From IMG/VR virus record IMGVR_UViG_3300014348_000043, positions 1 to 60,311 of that record: DNA of 60,311 nucleotides; one strand, 5' to 3'. A program made the position numbers and the translations under genes. The stretch comes from a virus. The notes beneath the pieces were generated by a model. The model saw only the letters and a list, made by a program, of their open reading frames with translations, ran no database searches and had not been told where the DNA came from. Below are positions 24,401-33,634 of the stretch, in pieces (within the stretch, counting starts at the first letter, position 1; each line of letters opens with the position of its first letter).

Positions 24401-25920
24401 CTTCCTACCGGAGCCTGAAGAGTGACCTCATAGTAGGGGTCCACAACTGTGGGCCCCGCCGGAATCAGAGTCGCGGACTGCACAAGCCCGAGGAGAGATC
24501 CTTTGTAGAATACAGTTTGCCCAAGAACCGGAGCGTAGGGTTGGTCATTGTTTTGGTAGAAATAGATTTTGTTTGAAGCTGCTGGAATTCCATAGATTGT
24601 GTCTCGGACATAGGAGCGAGCGTCTAGGAAGTATGCCCTCCAAGGACCTTCAAAGTACCACGGTCTCTTGAGTCCGCCCTGGTTAATTTTCGCGTAGTTC
24701 GCATTGGGGCCAGTGTCGATATTCCAAGAAGAGTCTATTTTTTCTGGTTTAGGGATTGTCCATGTTTTAAGGGCAAATGCCGAGTTCCCTCCGGCAGCAG
24801 AGAAGGTGTCCACTTCATTTAGATCATTAAAGGCTTTCCAGTCCTCAGTTCCAACTTCAGCAAAGTAGATCTCGAGGTTGATTGTTCTTTCGGAGATTTG
24901 CCCGTTGGAGTTAAAAGCAAATAGTCCCCGAGGGTTTACAAACGTGAGCTGGATTTCTTGCGGGAGGTTTTCGTTATTCGGCGCTGAGTTTCTTGTGACG
25001 GTGTAGCCCTCTGCCGGGCCGCCTTCGATCTGGTTCGCGTTTAGGGCGACTGCCACTTGCTCGACTTGCGGGTCGCCTTTGTAGAAAAGAAGTGAGTCGT
25101 TCAGAGCATCGTCCCACGGACCTTCGCTGATGGCAGGTTTGTTGAAATCCACAAGGCGAACTGCCACATCAGAAAAATCAGAAAGAGAAGTGTCGCCGAT
25201 TCGGATGTCGCGCACTTCTCCGGGGCCGAGACCAAGGTCATAGATGGCGTAAAGGTACTGCGAGAGTTCTCCCGTAGCTGGGTCAGTCTCGAGATCCGTG
25301 TAAGGGTTCGATGCAATGTTCGGAAAAATGCGGTGCTCACCGTAAACTTTAGGAACAGTTTTGTAGATGGCAACTTTATTGGACTGTCCCGTGATCGAGT
25401 ACATCTGAGATGTTGAGACTTCGTCGAATCCCCCAAGTCCGTTTTGGTCTAAAGACGGAGGAGGGAAAAGCCCATTTATGAGAAGTCCAGCTCCGATTGA
25501 AACGGCAGCAGTTGCCACCCCAAGTCCTACTCCTGTGAGGCCTAGTCCCGGGATTCCTCCGGCCCCTGGTCCCAGTAAAGCAGCAGCTCCAATAGTAATT
25601 GCGAGAATTGCGATTTGTCGAAACAGTCCGCCGTTGTCTCCGCCCTTGAGCGTGGGGGTAATTAAAACATTGTCGGCCCCCGAGAGATTACAGAACTCCC
25701 ACATGTCCGCCGGAATGATTTTCCCGTTTAAAACTACCGTGAAAACTTCTGCTGGAGTTTTGTCCCCGAGATCAATCCCGACAAGTGATCTCTCAACCGC
25801 CTGCTTTAGTGTCTCCCCCGAGACAATGTCTTGGTTGAAATTCTCTGAGGTGTTTTCGCCCTTGTTGAACTTAATTTGAATCACAAGCAGTCCAGTTCTG
25901 AAGTCGGTAGAAACCAACAA
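21493..25920 (-). CDS. Tail tip / host-specificity protein (lambda J-like) with an N-terminal gpI-like segment (about 1475 aa; start uncertain)
   Basis: Supported by its size and its position after the M/L/K-like genes. The N-terminus has a ubiquitin-like segment plus a hydrophobic Gly-rich segment (ILAITIGAAALLGPGAGGIPGLGLTGVGLG). The longest ORF starts at TTG 25920; GTG 25884 is an alternative. Confidence 0.7.
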   Translation of the reverse strand: MLVSTDFRTGLLVIQIKFNKGENTSENFNQDIVSGETLKQAVERSLVGIDLGDKTPAEVFTVVLNGKIIPADMWEFCNLSGADNVLITPTLKGGDNGGLFRQIAILAITIGAAALLGPGAGGIPGLGLTGVGLGVATAAVSIGAGLLINGLFPPPSLDQNGLGGFDEVSTSQMYSITGQSNKVAIYKTVPKVYGEHRIFPNIASNPYTDLETDPATGELSQYLYAIYDLGLGPGEVRDIRIGDTSLSDFSDVAVRLVDFNKPAISEGPWDDALNDSLLFYKGDPQVEQVAVALNANQIEGGPAEGYTVTRNSAPNNENLPQEIQLTFVNPRGLFAFNSNGQISERTINLEIYFAEVGTEDWKAFNDLNEVDTFSAAGGNSAFALKTWTIPKPEKIDSSWNIDTGPNANYAKINQGGLKRPWYFEGPWRAYFLDARSYVRDTIYGIPAASNKIYFYQNNDQPYAPVLGQTVFYKGSLLGLVQSATLIPAGPTVVDPYYEVTLQAPVGRDIPLYTYEVVDPASRTLTQNIGRTIFYAPNQETESLGFEIGPPILGKAQISRAENNPTYSTFKFTPKLPGQYKVRVVRTSSSSSFTNTIQDELSLIGITTRFDRDPIVTDKRHLFLEVRIRATNQLNGNITNLSATVSSVLDVYDPDTETWSKQVTNNPAWVYVDLLTGEINKRPLPKSRLHLDSILEWAEYCEEVPDSPPSIDFYKQRFETNFVLDYSGTVQSVIAQVASAAQASLNIIDGKYGVLIDRKKEIPVQLFTPRNSRDFTSNRIYSQKPDALKVKYINPGKDWSVDEVTVYDSGFNELNALEFEEITSFACTNDEQAWRFGRYILAQNRLRQETIQITVDFESLVCTRGDFVQITQDVMKVGGVPARVKKINVSGNPDRIQIDDGFEIDLDIDYGYVYRSPAGEIKTGTCTPVSSDTFDLDDDIPAVGDLIVIGEVGKVVYDCVVKSISPNDNFSATLTLVEKADAIFDAESTDTFPDYDPLISQASSPDGKPPGEVQNLIIADSGFECSDAGYEYFTLLDWDAPLGSVYEIFEVLVDDGRGFTLVASTRDSFYRYVISPTRLGYTHKYKVLAVSVTGKKLELGAISEVTNTPTLKTTPPSDVDFLATDITGEVLQFSWNQVNDCDVREYLIRYSPNLAATWNSSIPLLRVDRNTTLASTQARTGIYFIKAVDFNGNESANAASALTTIPNLFNLNIIEETTDFPDLLGVFDRTEKQGDTLVLSEEVVGGVGTNEYYSEGYYYYESLLDLSEIYTVRLQSLIQAEGYTIGDLMVNWVTLDAVQFLSNTKSSEWDVEAQYRSTDVINVMANWVTLDSIDPISEGVQDNFTEWRKFVMGDATARIFQFRLKLVSNKPNVTPRVFDGTIRADMPDRSEAFGNLVATDTDGYELIYSPAFAGPNPGGPAIQISIDGAESGDTWAFDYRNNDGFKIRFFDQNGDPVERTFDAAVKGYGRKSNSVI

Positions 25921-26263
25921 CTAGTTTTTCCCACTTCGCAAGTCTCTCGATGGCGACTCCGGTTTCTTTGAGCGAGTGAAAGAAGGTAGTAGGGCTTAGG
26001 TAGACCCCGATGTGTGATTCGATTCCTCGAATCTTGATAAGCATCAAGTCACCTGGGATTGGCTTTTCTATTTTCTCGAACTTTCCGATGTTCGAGCGGA
26101 CCATCATTTGAGTTGTTTCGGGGTCTGGAGTTGTGTCGTAGTTGATTCCAAGATCCACGCCAAAAGCAATCTTATAGAAATGAGAGACCGCGACCCAGCA
26201 GTCCATTTCTTGATACGTCTTTCCGATAAGCTTAGAACAAGCCAGGGAAATTTGTGGGCCCAT
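25871..26263 (-). CDS. NlpC/P60-family tail protein (lambda gpK-like)
   Basis: Catalytic Cys context (YQEMDCWVAVSHFY) and His context (GIESHIGVYL). Sits at the gpK position. Confidence 0.7.
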   Translation of the reverse strand: MGPQISLACSKLIGKTYQEMDCWVAVSHFYKIAFGVDLGINYDTTPDPETTQMMVRSNIGKFEKIEKPIPGDLMLIKIRGIESHIGVYLSPTTFFHSLKETGVAIERLAKWEKLVVGFYRLQNWTACDSN

Positions 26264-26705
26264 ATCTCTCCGATGTCACTTCAGTGTTGAGAAAATTATC
26301 AAGGATGACTCGAGCTGTAATCGTTGTCAGGTTGTAGCCGATTCCCGCAATCTTTAAATCTTCCTGGGAAATTTGAACCGCGTCTGGCATGGATGCAAGA
26401 ATCAGTTCGAGCTTCACGCCGATCTCTGTTGTCACTGAGCGCATGGCCTCAATCAGTTCCCGAGACACATTGTCGAACTCAATTGAAAAATCTCGTGCGG
26501 TCTCTCCGTCATCCACTGGGAACCGAATTCGCATCGGGAAAGGCGCAAAAGTCTCGCCGCGAGAAATGATTTCGACAGTGTTATTCACAAGCCGAATGTC
26601 TTCGGCAAAAGACGGATGGCTCAGTGTGATAAGAATCAGAAATGGGTCATCAGAGTTCTGAGCAAAGAGCTGGGCAAGAAGAGAAGAACTTAACTGGTTT
26701 GCCAT
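26232..26705 (-). CDS. Minor tail protein, DUF1833-like (gpL position)
   Basis: Contains DPFLILITLSHPSF...IRLVNN...FAPFPMRIRFPVDDGE...IEFDNVSRELI. Position supports the call. Confidence 0.6.
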   Translation of the reverse strand: MANQLSSSLLAQLFAQNSDDPFLILITLSHPSFAEDIRLVNNTVEIISRGETFAPFPMRIRFPVDDGETARDFSIEFDNVSRELIEAMRSVTTEIGVKLELILASMPDAVQISQEDLKIAGIGYNLTTITARVILDNFLNTEVTSERYGPTNFPGLF

Positions 26706-27059
26706 TTAAGGAACTTTCTCCCATGTCATGTTGACGGTGAAATACTCCCCGCCAATCGGGACAATCCGTGGCGGTTCGTCCATTAAAAACTCCTCTTCTT
26801 CTCCGGTGAAAGGATGGTCAAACAGAAAAGATGTTGCCCCGCCGTTGAGGTCAATGTCCCAAAAATCATAGAAGTCTTCGAACTCGTCGTATTTAATATT
26901 GATCGAGCACTTCACCATGTCGACCCCTTTTGTGTAAAGACGGCGACGCTTTACTGGGCCAGTTGAGTTCTGCGACTTTAAAACAGTTCCGCCAAAGTCG
27001 TAGCTGAAAGAAGCCTCATTGAGTTTGTCTTGTAAAAATGCGGGCCACAGAGCTGCCAT
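26706..27059 (-). CDS. Minor tail protein (gpM position)
   Basis: 117-aa ORF immediately after the tape measure gene. Called from synteny only. Confidence 0.5.
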   Translation of the reverse strand: MAALWPAFLQDKLNEASFSYDFGGTVLKSQNSTGPVKRRRLYTKGVDMVKCSINIKYDEFEDFYDFWDIDLNGGATSFLFDHPFTGEEEEFLMDEPPRIVPIGGEYFTVNMTWEKVP

Positions 27060-27062
27060 TGT

Positions 27063-29429
27063 TTATGTCCCCCGTCTGCGAAGACCGAAGTTCGCCTGCA
27101 TGTCTTTGTCGAAAGCGCCCGAAGCAAATCCGGCTTTGACTCGAGATTGAATCAGTACATCAATAACGCGGCCTCCGCTGCTGTCTGTTGACTCTCGCGT
27201 CTCGACATCAGCAGAGGCATTGTTGATCACGTTGACGACAACATTCGATCCGGCCCCGGCTGAGACCCCAAGATTTCCTTTTGAGTCCCTCTGAAGCGGA
27301 AGAATTGCTTCTGGTCCTTTTTCTCCGAGAACTCCGAGCTTGTTGTTTCCGAACTGAAACATCGAAGGAGAGTCGAAGACCCCACCCTTCGCGTACATCT
27401 CAACTCCACGAGGGCTGAAGGCATCTCCCTTTGCAGCGGCTCGTACTCCCTGTCCTCCGCCTCCCGTGCTCGGGCCCACAGCTCCCATGAGTCCTTCAGC
27501 GATGGGGCGAACAATGGCCCAGCGGACAATGATCTTGTTGAGTTCATCGAGAATAGACTGGGCAAAATTCTTCATATCCATTTTGCCAGTCTTGATGAAA
27601 TCCGTAAGAGTGTTTTCTAGGCTCGAGAAAGTACTCTCGATTCCTTTGGAGATGTTTTCCCCAAGAGTCCCGATTGATTCGATGTAAGAAGAAGCCCCTC
27701 CGTATAGAACGGATTTCATTGTGAACTTTCCTTCGAGCTTGTTGAGCTGTTCGGTGTACTGCATGAGGTTTATTTTTCCAGCCTGGAGCTGCTCATTTAA
27801 AACAATCATTTTCTCAGTGTCGACAGCCTCATTGAATTGGCGGAACGAAAGAGCGCCGACATTAAACTCTTTTGTGAGCTGCTGGATTCGAAGATCCCGA
27901 AGTTTTTCGTTGTACTCAAGAACGTCGATCTTTCCTTCTTTGAGTTCCCGCTTGAGTTTTGTCATATTAAAGGCTTCAAGCTTCTCAAGGTACTGTCCCA
28001 GAGAAATTTGGCTTGTGTCGTAGAGCATGTTCAGCTCTTTAAGCATGTCAGAAAGTTTTTTGTCGTCGTCCGTGACGCCCTTAATTTTTCCAATAAGAGA
28101 GCGAAGATTTCCTTTTGGCTTTGTTGTGTTCAAAGGGTCGAGAGGTGATCCCTGATATTTTCCGAGCCCAAGAGGATCAATTGCAGACAGGCCAGCGCCT
28201 TGCATTGTTGCGGGGTCGAGCGGCGAGTTTGCAAAGTTTCCTTGCTGAGTTGTTCCTCGCAGGCCTTTGAGAGAGGCATTGAGCGCATCATACTTGTTGA
28301 TGATGTTGACAAGGTATTTGTCAGCCCCGGAGGAGAGAGGGAGGTTAAAAAGGTCTGACAAAGAGCGAGTCATTTCTGCGACATATTTTGGAAGAATCGC
28401 AAAAAGCCTAGATACCTCCAGGCCCACAGTTCTTAGATCAGACATTAAATTTGAAATATTATAAACAGAGGCGGGAAGAAGAGTCGATAGTTTGGTGAGC
28501 GTTGCAATGGGGTCCCCCGCAAATAGAAAGGATGAGCTTTCTTCCAGAGCCCCGTATCCTCCCGCCAGGGATGAAATTGCCTCTTTTGAGTCCCTCGCAA
28601 CAGGAGAGATTTTACGGATTCCGTCTGAAATCTTCTTAGATCCTGTGTCTATGATGTCTGCAAATTTCGCCGAGATACCTAGTTCCTCATTTACTTTTCC
28701 AATTGCCACGCTCAAGACATTCATTGCTTTTGTTAAGCTCTGCTCAAAAGTGGGCGTCAAATTTTTGGCGTCGGTGTTGATACGCTCCTGGTTCTCGGCA
28801 AGAGCTTCCAAAACATCTTTCAGACCAATGGCCCCGTCAGCCGCTTTCTTATAAATGTCTTTCCCGAACCGCTCCCGAAGAATCTGGGCTAAAGTCGCAT
28901 TCTGTTCCATGACTGAACGAAGCTCTTGTCCGCGAAGTTCGCCCGATGAAAAGGCCTGTGACAACTGAATGATCGTGTTCACTGTCTCCGTAGTTGTCGC
29001 CCCCGCGATGCGGAATGAGTTGACCAAGGTCTCGGTGAGGTCATTCATTTCTGCTGTCGTAGCTCCAGTCTCTCGAAGAGAAAGAGCCAAACGATTGTAG
29101 ACAGTTCCGACTCCCGAAACCGATTGAAAGGTTCTGTTGGCAATTGCGTTGATTTCCTGGAAAGCGGCGGCAGCACCTTCCGAGCTTCCCGTGACAAGTT
29201 TTAGCCTACTGTTTAAGTTCTGCATCTCGTCCGACATTCTAGTGATCTCTCGGACTCCAAGAAACCCGAGCCAGCTTCGAAAAGCACCCGAGAGAAATCC
29301 CACATTACCGGAAAGGGTCTTTGCGCTTGTGTTGAGAAGGCCCATCTTTTTCGCCATCTCTTGGATAGCGGCAGAGTTTTTAACGTCGGCGCTTACGATG
29401 ATTTTTCTTACCTGCGTTGTCTGTGCCAC
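27063..29429 (-). CDS. Tail tape measure protein
   Basis: 788 aa, helical. The N-terminal region is TMP-like (AAIQEMAKKMG...GFLSGAFRSWLGFLGV). It follows the G/GT chaperone pair. Confidence 0.85.
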   Translation of the reverse strand: MAQTTQVRKIIVSADVKNSAAIQEMAKKMGLLNTSAKTLSGNVGFLSGAFRSWLGFLGVREITRMSDEMQNLNSRLKLVTGSSEGAAAAFQEINAIANRTFQSVSGVGTVYNRLALSLRETGATTAEMNDLTETLVNSFRIAGATTTETVNTIIQLSQAFSSGELRGQELRSVMEQNATLAQILRERFGKDIYKKAADGAIGLKDVLEALAENQERINTDAKNLTPTFEQSLTKAMNVLSVAIGKVNEELGISAKFADIIDTGSKKISDGIRKISPVARDSKEAISSLAGGYGALEESSSFLFAGDPIATLTKLSTLLPASVYNISNLMSDLRTVGLEVSRLFAILPKYVAEMTRSLSDLFNLPLSSGADKYLVNIINKYDALNASLKGLRGTTQQGNFANSPLDPATMQGAGLSAIDPLGLGKYQGSPLDPLNTTKPKGNLRSLIGKIKGVTDDDKKLSDMLKELNMLYDTSQISLGQYLEKLEAFNMTKLKRELKEGKIDVLEYNEKLRDLRIQQLTKEFNVGALSFRQFNEAVDTEKMIVLNEQLQAGKINLMQYTEQLNKLEGKFTMKSVLYGGASSYIESIGTLGENISKGIESTFSSLENTLTDFIKTGKMDMKNFAQSILDELNKIIVRWAIVRPIAEGLMGAVGPSTGGGGQGVRAAAKGDAFSPRGVEMYAKGGVFDSPSMFQFGNNKLGVLGEKGPEAILPLQRDSKGNLGVSAGAGSNVVVNVINNASADVETRESTDSSGGRVIDVLIQSRVKAGFASGAFDKDMQANFGLRRRGT

Positions 29430-29769
29430 TCTTTGGAGCCCCCTCTGACTTCGTAGATGTGGAGTTCAGCTCGAGAAACACGTTATCAAGCCGCCGCATC
29501 ACATATAAGAATTCATCAAAATCATGTAACTCGTAAATCTTAAAATAGTCCGAGATGGCTGTAAACGGAATTGGCCCGACCGACAGGCCAATGGGCCTGG
29601 AAGTGCTGAGTTCGCGGAACGCGTCAAAATAGAAATCAAACCCTTGGGTTCCCGGCTCCTGGTCTTCCTCCAGAATGTAGCCGTCAGCCAAAAGACGATA
29701 GTAGAATCCCGATTCGAGTTCTTTGCGCCACTTCCAGGACCATCTCAAATGGCGCTCTAGGAGTTTCCC
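29380..29769 (-). CDS. Tail assembly chaperone, -1 frame extension (gpT-like part of a G-T fusion)
   Basis: The -1 frame is open from the slippery site and reads GKLLERHLRWSWKWRKELESGFYYRLLADGY... There is no convincing independent start; the ORF track uses TTG 29748. Confidence 0.65.
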   Translation of the reverse strand, partial: GKLLERHLRWSWKWRKELESGFYYRLLADGYILEEDQEPGTQGFDFYFDAFRELSTSRPIGLSVGPIPFTAISDYFKIYELHDFDEFLYVMRRLDNVFLELNSTSTKSEGAPKSGTDNAGKKNHRKRRR

Positions 29770-30179
29770 AGTTCTTCTTTGTAGTTGGCGTGGTCAGAGG
29801 CGTAGACCATCAAAGTGTCGTAGAGGTCTGGGAGGCGTTTGAAAAGTTCCAGGGCCTTCTCTTGATTGCATGGAATGTCAGCGCCCTTCTCGTCTTTGAC
29901 ACCAGTCCAAGAAACTAGACAAACGTCGATGAAAAGTTTCATTTGGATTTCTCGGGCCTTCTCGGTCGGCAAAGTCCCCATTTCAATTTGTTTGGCGTAG
30001 GGCTTGTGGTAGGCCGCAAGGGCCGCTTTTACTTTGTTGTTCCCGGCGTGGAATCGGCGGAGCTTGAAAGAGATCTCCTCAAGACCTTCTGCCGGATTTG
30101 CTTCCTGAATGACAAAATCAACACCGTCTTTTTCGAGGTCCTGATTTGTTTTATAGAATTTATCCAAAGACGTTTTCAT
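29757..30179 (-). CDS. Tail assembly chaperone (gpG-like)
   Basis: ATG 30179 has AAAGGGGAAG upstream. 140 aa. It lies between the major tail and tape measure genes and ends at the slippery site. Confidence 0.75.
   Translation of the reverse strand: MKTSLDKFYKTNQDLEKDGVDFVIQEANPAEGLEEISFKLRRFHAGNNKVKAALAAYHKPYAKQIEMGTLPTEKAREIQMKLFIDVCLVSWTGVKDEKGADIPCNQEKALELFKRLPDLYDTLMVYASDHANYKEELGNS
29763..29769 (-). promoter_or_regulatory. Programmed -1 frameshift slippery heptamer G_GGA_AAC
   Basis: The minus strand reads CUG GGA AAC UCC UAG in the chaperone zero frame, 2 codons before its stop. The -1 frame continues into the gpT-like ORF. Confidence 0.75.
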
Positions 30180-30210
30180 GTGGCTTCCCCTTTTGTGTTC
30201 TAAATTACTC

Positions 30211-30244
30211 CCAAAATAAAACGCCCCAGTCAATGACCGGGGCG
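30211..30244 (-). terminator. Rho-independent terminator after the major tail protein gene
   Basis: The minus strand reads CGCCCCGGUCAUUGACUGGGGCG followed by UUUUAUUUUGGG. Confidence 0.7.
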
Positions 30245-30287
30245 AGTAGGTGCTAGAATTTGGGGAAAGCCAAATTTGACCCTATGT

Positions 30288-31775
30288 CTATACAGCAGGC
30301 TCGCGGTAAATAGTCAATGCCGACTCTCCTGCGGGGCCGATTTTCGCAGTTCCCGACATCTCCATGGAGATCTCTTGGTTCGCTCCAGCCGACTGCGGGT
30401 CGTCAAAAGTGACCTGAATCGCAGGCAAATAAAAGCCGTACCATCCGTCGACATTGTCTACTTGGAAGCCCAGAGAGAAAGCCTCTTGCGAGAGCTTCTT
30501 CGCCAGAAGACCCCAGTTTCCGTCCTTCAAGTAGGAGCTAAGATCCACTGTCGCCTGAGCTGTTCCAGGAGAGTAGTCTTTTGGCGCTGCTTTACCGATG
30601 CAGTTCTGAACCGTCAGGTTGTTGTTTAGAGCGATGTTCACGTTCTGCAAGCAGAAAGAATCTTGAGCCCAAGAACCTGTCACGTTTGTCGCCAAGAAAG
30701 GCATGTCAACCGAGCCGTTCATGGTGTTGGTTGTTGCCGGGTCTTTAAAGTATTCCTGGTAAGAAGCAAAGTCCGCAGCAGCAGAGACAGGCTCGTAGTC
30801 ATTTCCCATCGTCTGGAAGTTTCCGTTTACCAGAGCGCCGTACTCGACATTGAGTTCCATTTGGCTGACAAGAGCGCCACGATAAATGATCGCCTTATCC
30901 GTCAAGTCCAAGAATGTTTTCTCAATTGTCAGAGACTTCTTCGTCGTTCCGATTGTGAGCTTGTCGCAGACCTGATAAGTCGCGGCCTCGGCAGCGGCAC
31001 TAGACATCCCGGTCGGATGTGCAAAAGTGATTTCCAGAGCTGTTACGACCATCGCCATCACAATGACGTTGTTCCCAGCAGTGGCAAAGTTTGAAAGCTT
31101 GATGAAATCTCCGACAACTACTCCTTCGGTGACAAAGCTGCCAGTTGAGCGAATTAGTTTTTTAGTTGTCATGTTGATTTCAAAAGTGCCATTCACGGGG
31201 GTTGAAGAAGCCCATGTGTTGAACATTGCGCTTTCGAGGAAATCTTCAATCGCTTCTTCTTTTGCAAGTTCGAAATTGTGTCCGCCTTCTACCATGAGGC
31301 CAGTCACGACCTGGCCAGACGATTGTCGGTCAGTTCGGATCTGCGCAGACTCCGTAGTCTCAGGAGTTCCCGAGTACTGCTCTGATGTGAACCGAGCAGT
31401 TTTAAAAGAGCCCTCTCCGTTCTCAAGGAAGTCTTCGGCGGCAGTCACTTGTGCGTCGCCCGCTGTTCCGGTAATAGATCGAGTGACAAGAAGCAGAGCC
31501 GCTGCACTTGCTCCAATTGCAGCACTGACTTGAGTTGCAGTAGAGACGCCCGACTCGATTCCAACAGTGATCTTGTTGCCTTGAACAAGAACTGTCTCAG
31601 AGCCAGCAGTTGCCGTGTCGACGTACTCAATGGAAATTAAATTCCCTTCTTCTCCGCCTTTCACAGCCGTGTAGGTAATGTCTTGAACAACAAGACTTGC
31701 TTTCACCGCTGCGGGAGTGACCCCGTACACGGATTCCTTTTTGTATCCGATTCTAACCAAGTTTGATGAACTCAT
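30288..31775 (-). CDS. Major tail (tube) protein with an N-terminal extra domain
   Basis: 495 aa. It sits between the tail terminator-like gene and the chaperones and is followed by a strong terminator. Confidence 0.65.
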   Translation of the reverse strand: MSSSNLVRIGYKKESVYGVTPAAVKASLVVQDITYTAVKGGEEGNLISIEYVDTATAGSETVLVQGNKITVGIESGVSTATQVSAAIGASAAALLLVTRSITGTAGDAQVTAAEDFLENGEGSFKTARFTSEQYSGTPETTESAQIRTDRQSSGQVVTGLMVEGGHNFELAKEEAIEDFLESAMFNTWASSTPVNGTFEINMTTKKLIRSTGSFVTEGVVVGDFIKLSNFATAGNNVIVMAMVVTALEITFAHPTGMSSAAAEAATYQVCDKLTIGTTKKSLTIEKTFLDLTDKAIIYRGALVSQMELNVEYGALVNGNFQTMGNDYEPVSAAADFASYQEYFKDPATTNTMNGSVDMPFLATNVTGSWAQDSFCLQNVNIALNNNLTVQNCIGKAAPKDYSPGTAQATVDLSSYLKDGNWGLLAKKLSQEAFSLGFQVDNVDGWYGFYLPAIQVTFDDPQSAGANQEISMEMSGTAKIGPAGESALTIYREPAV

Positions 31776-31795
31776 CTATTCCTCCGTAAATAAAA

Positions 31796-32251
31796 TTAGG
31801 GTGTCGGGGTCAAATCATAACGGTAGCCTATGGTGATTGTGCCGGAAACATATCCGGCCTCAAACTCCATTGTTGCTCCAGGTCCCGTGTTTACCGGACT
31901 GACGCTTTCGACTACGATTCCGCCTATCCTCTCACCCCGAAATAAATCACGCAAGACTTCTGCACGGGAGACGATGTCTTGGCCAGCCCCGAGTCTAGCA
32001 ATGGCGCAAACATGGAGCTGAACGATTCCGACTTCCCGATAAAGGCCCTGGTCATTGGTCGCGGAAAGAGAAACAGGAAATTCTTCGTCGGCGGAAAACT
32101 CGAGGCCAAGCCACGGAGCGTCAGGCTGGACCTCATAGTAGGCAAGAACCTCCCGGAGATCTCCAAACTCTCCTGTGATATCGACAACGATCTCCGCAGA
32201 GTTTGCGTCCAGAAAGTCTTTAACCAATTGCCTGACTGCCAAGCTTGACAT
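31796..32251 (-). CDS. Tail terminator/completion protein (by position, DUF4128-like)
   Basis: 151 aa. Its ATG overlaps the upstream TGA (TGATG). It lies immediately upstream of the major tail gene. Confidence 0.5.
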   Translation of the reverse strand: MSSLAVRQLVKDFLDANSAEIVVDITGEFGDLREVLAYYEVQPDAPWLGLEFSADEEFPVSLSATNDQGLYREVGIVQLHVCAIARLGAGQDIVSRAEVLRDLFRGERIGGIVVESVSPVNTGPGATMEFEAGYVSGTITIGYRYDLTPTP

Positions 32252-33042
32252 CACTCACTCCCGTCGAAAAGGCCTCGTGGAGAAATGTTAAACACGATTG
32301 AAGGATAAAGATAGGTCCTACCTGAAGAATCTTTTCTCCTGCCGGATTTAAAAGTTGCGGCAAGTCCGAGAGAGCTTCCTGGTAGAAACTTGAATCCGAT
32401 TTTCACGTTGTTCTTGTACTTTGCTCGCACGGATCTGACAGTCAGTTGATACGCCCCGTTAGGAATTTTGACCTGAGTTCCCTTTTTCTTTTTAGACCTT
32501 CGTCCTGCGTCCTCGGTTCGAGGATTGCTCCTCTGTGCAGTGACGCCGAGAAGTTCTAGTCTTCGGGCGTAGGGCTGGATGTTGACGATTCGAATTGTGT
32601 CTTTGTCTTTAATTTCCGGCGTGGTTAGAAACCAAGCTTTTAGGGACTCCATGTCTGTTGCGACCTGCGTCCCATTTAGAAAAACATAGTGAGAGGCGAT
32701 GTACTGCCCAGTCAATACTTTCGACCTGCGAATGAGCCCGGCGTATGTCTCAAGAACGATGCTGTCGATGTACTGTCTGGCGGTAAACTCAATTTTACCG
32801 AAAGGGCTTACGTTCTGGACTTGTTTTCTGGCGAGGCCGTCGACAGTAAGAACTGGCTTTTTGTCGAACCCTTTGGCCTGCTCCTCTGTGAGAACAGAAT
32901 CAGCTACGACAATGAGAGAAGTCTTTAGCCAGACTAGAAGATCCGCAAGAGTGACCTTCCCATCGAGGTCAGTCTCAATCGAGTACTGGGGAGCTTTTCT
33001 GCCCTTTTCCGTGACGGAAAGCTCGACCTCGAAATCAATCAC
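32251..33042 (-). CDS. Neck/tail-joining structural protein (263 aa)
   Basis: GTG 33042 lies 3 nt before the upstream stop. The ORF-track start 33102 would overlap the upstream gene by 68 nt. Confidence 0.55.
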   Translation of the reverse strand: MIDFEVELSVTEKGRKAPQYSIETDLDGKVTLADLLVWLKTSLIVVADSVLTEEQAKGFDKKPVLTVDGLARKQVQNVSPFGKIEFTARQYIDSIVLETYAGLIRRSKVLTGQYIASHYVFLNGTQVATDMESLKAWFLTTPEIKDKDTIRIVNIQPYARRLELLGVTAQRSNPRTEDAGRRSKKKKGTQVKIPNGAYQLTVRSVRAKYKNNVKIGFKFLPGSSLGLAATFKSGRRKDSSGRTYLYPSIVFNISPRGLFDGSE

Positions 33043-33634
33043 AGCGAACCCTGTAGGCCATGGTCTGGCCTCCGAGGTCTGGCATCTCCATGATTTCGTC
33101 AACCACCAAGAGGCGATTTCCGTCGAGAATTCGGTCGCCTTTTTTTATCTTGTCCGCCCACGGAACATAGGTGTTTGAAAAAGTTCCCGAGTGGTCGAGC
33201 GTAGAATTCACTATTGTAGCAAGTGGGGGCTGAGTTGAGATTCCAGAAAAAGTGAATAGAAAACCAGAGGAAAAAGATCCTGTCACTTTTGTCTGAGAAA
33301 AACCAGTCAGAAGCCGGACCTCCGTTTGAATCGTGGCCGCAGAGGCGTTGAAGTTGATCAGTGCGGTCTGAAGAACACCGATTTGAATTCTAAATTGTCC
33401 TGATGTTGGGACAGTTGCAAAAGTCAATCGCTGGGCAAATTCCCCGCGTAGGGAGTCGACCGGGATGATTCCTTCTACTCCCTTGATGCTTGTGTACTCA
33501 GGCCCCCGAAGAAAACGAAAGTAATTCGACGGAGTAAATCGCATGGGGGAGTACATGTCGACTGCCCCGAGTCGTTTCAGAACGGCGGGGCGCGAGTGAA
33601 TTTTTGTAACGGCGTTGAGTGCGGCCCGGAGCAT
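33035..33634 (-). CDS. Head closure / head-tail joining-like protein (199 aa)
   Basis: Follows the connector gene. The C-terminus (KKGDRILDGNRLLVVDEIMEMPDLGGQTMAYRVRC) resembles head-tail joining proteins. Confidence 0.5.
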   Translation of the reverse strand: MLRAALNAVTKIHSRPAVLKRLGAVDMYSPMRFTPSNYFRFLRGPEYTSIKGVEGIIPVDSLRGEFAQRLTFATVPTSGQFRIQIGVLQTALINFNASAATIQTEVRLLTGFSQTKVTGSFSSGFLFTFSGISTQPPLATIVNSTLDHSGTFSNTYVPWADKIKKGDRILDGNRLLVVDEIMEMPDLGGQTMAYRVRCD

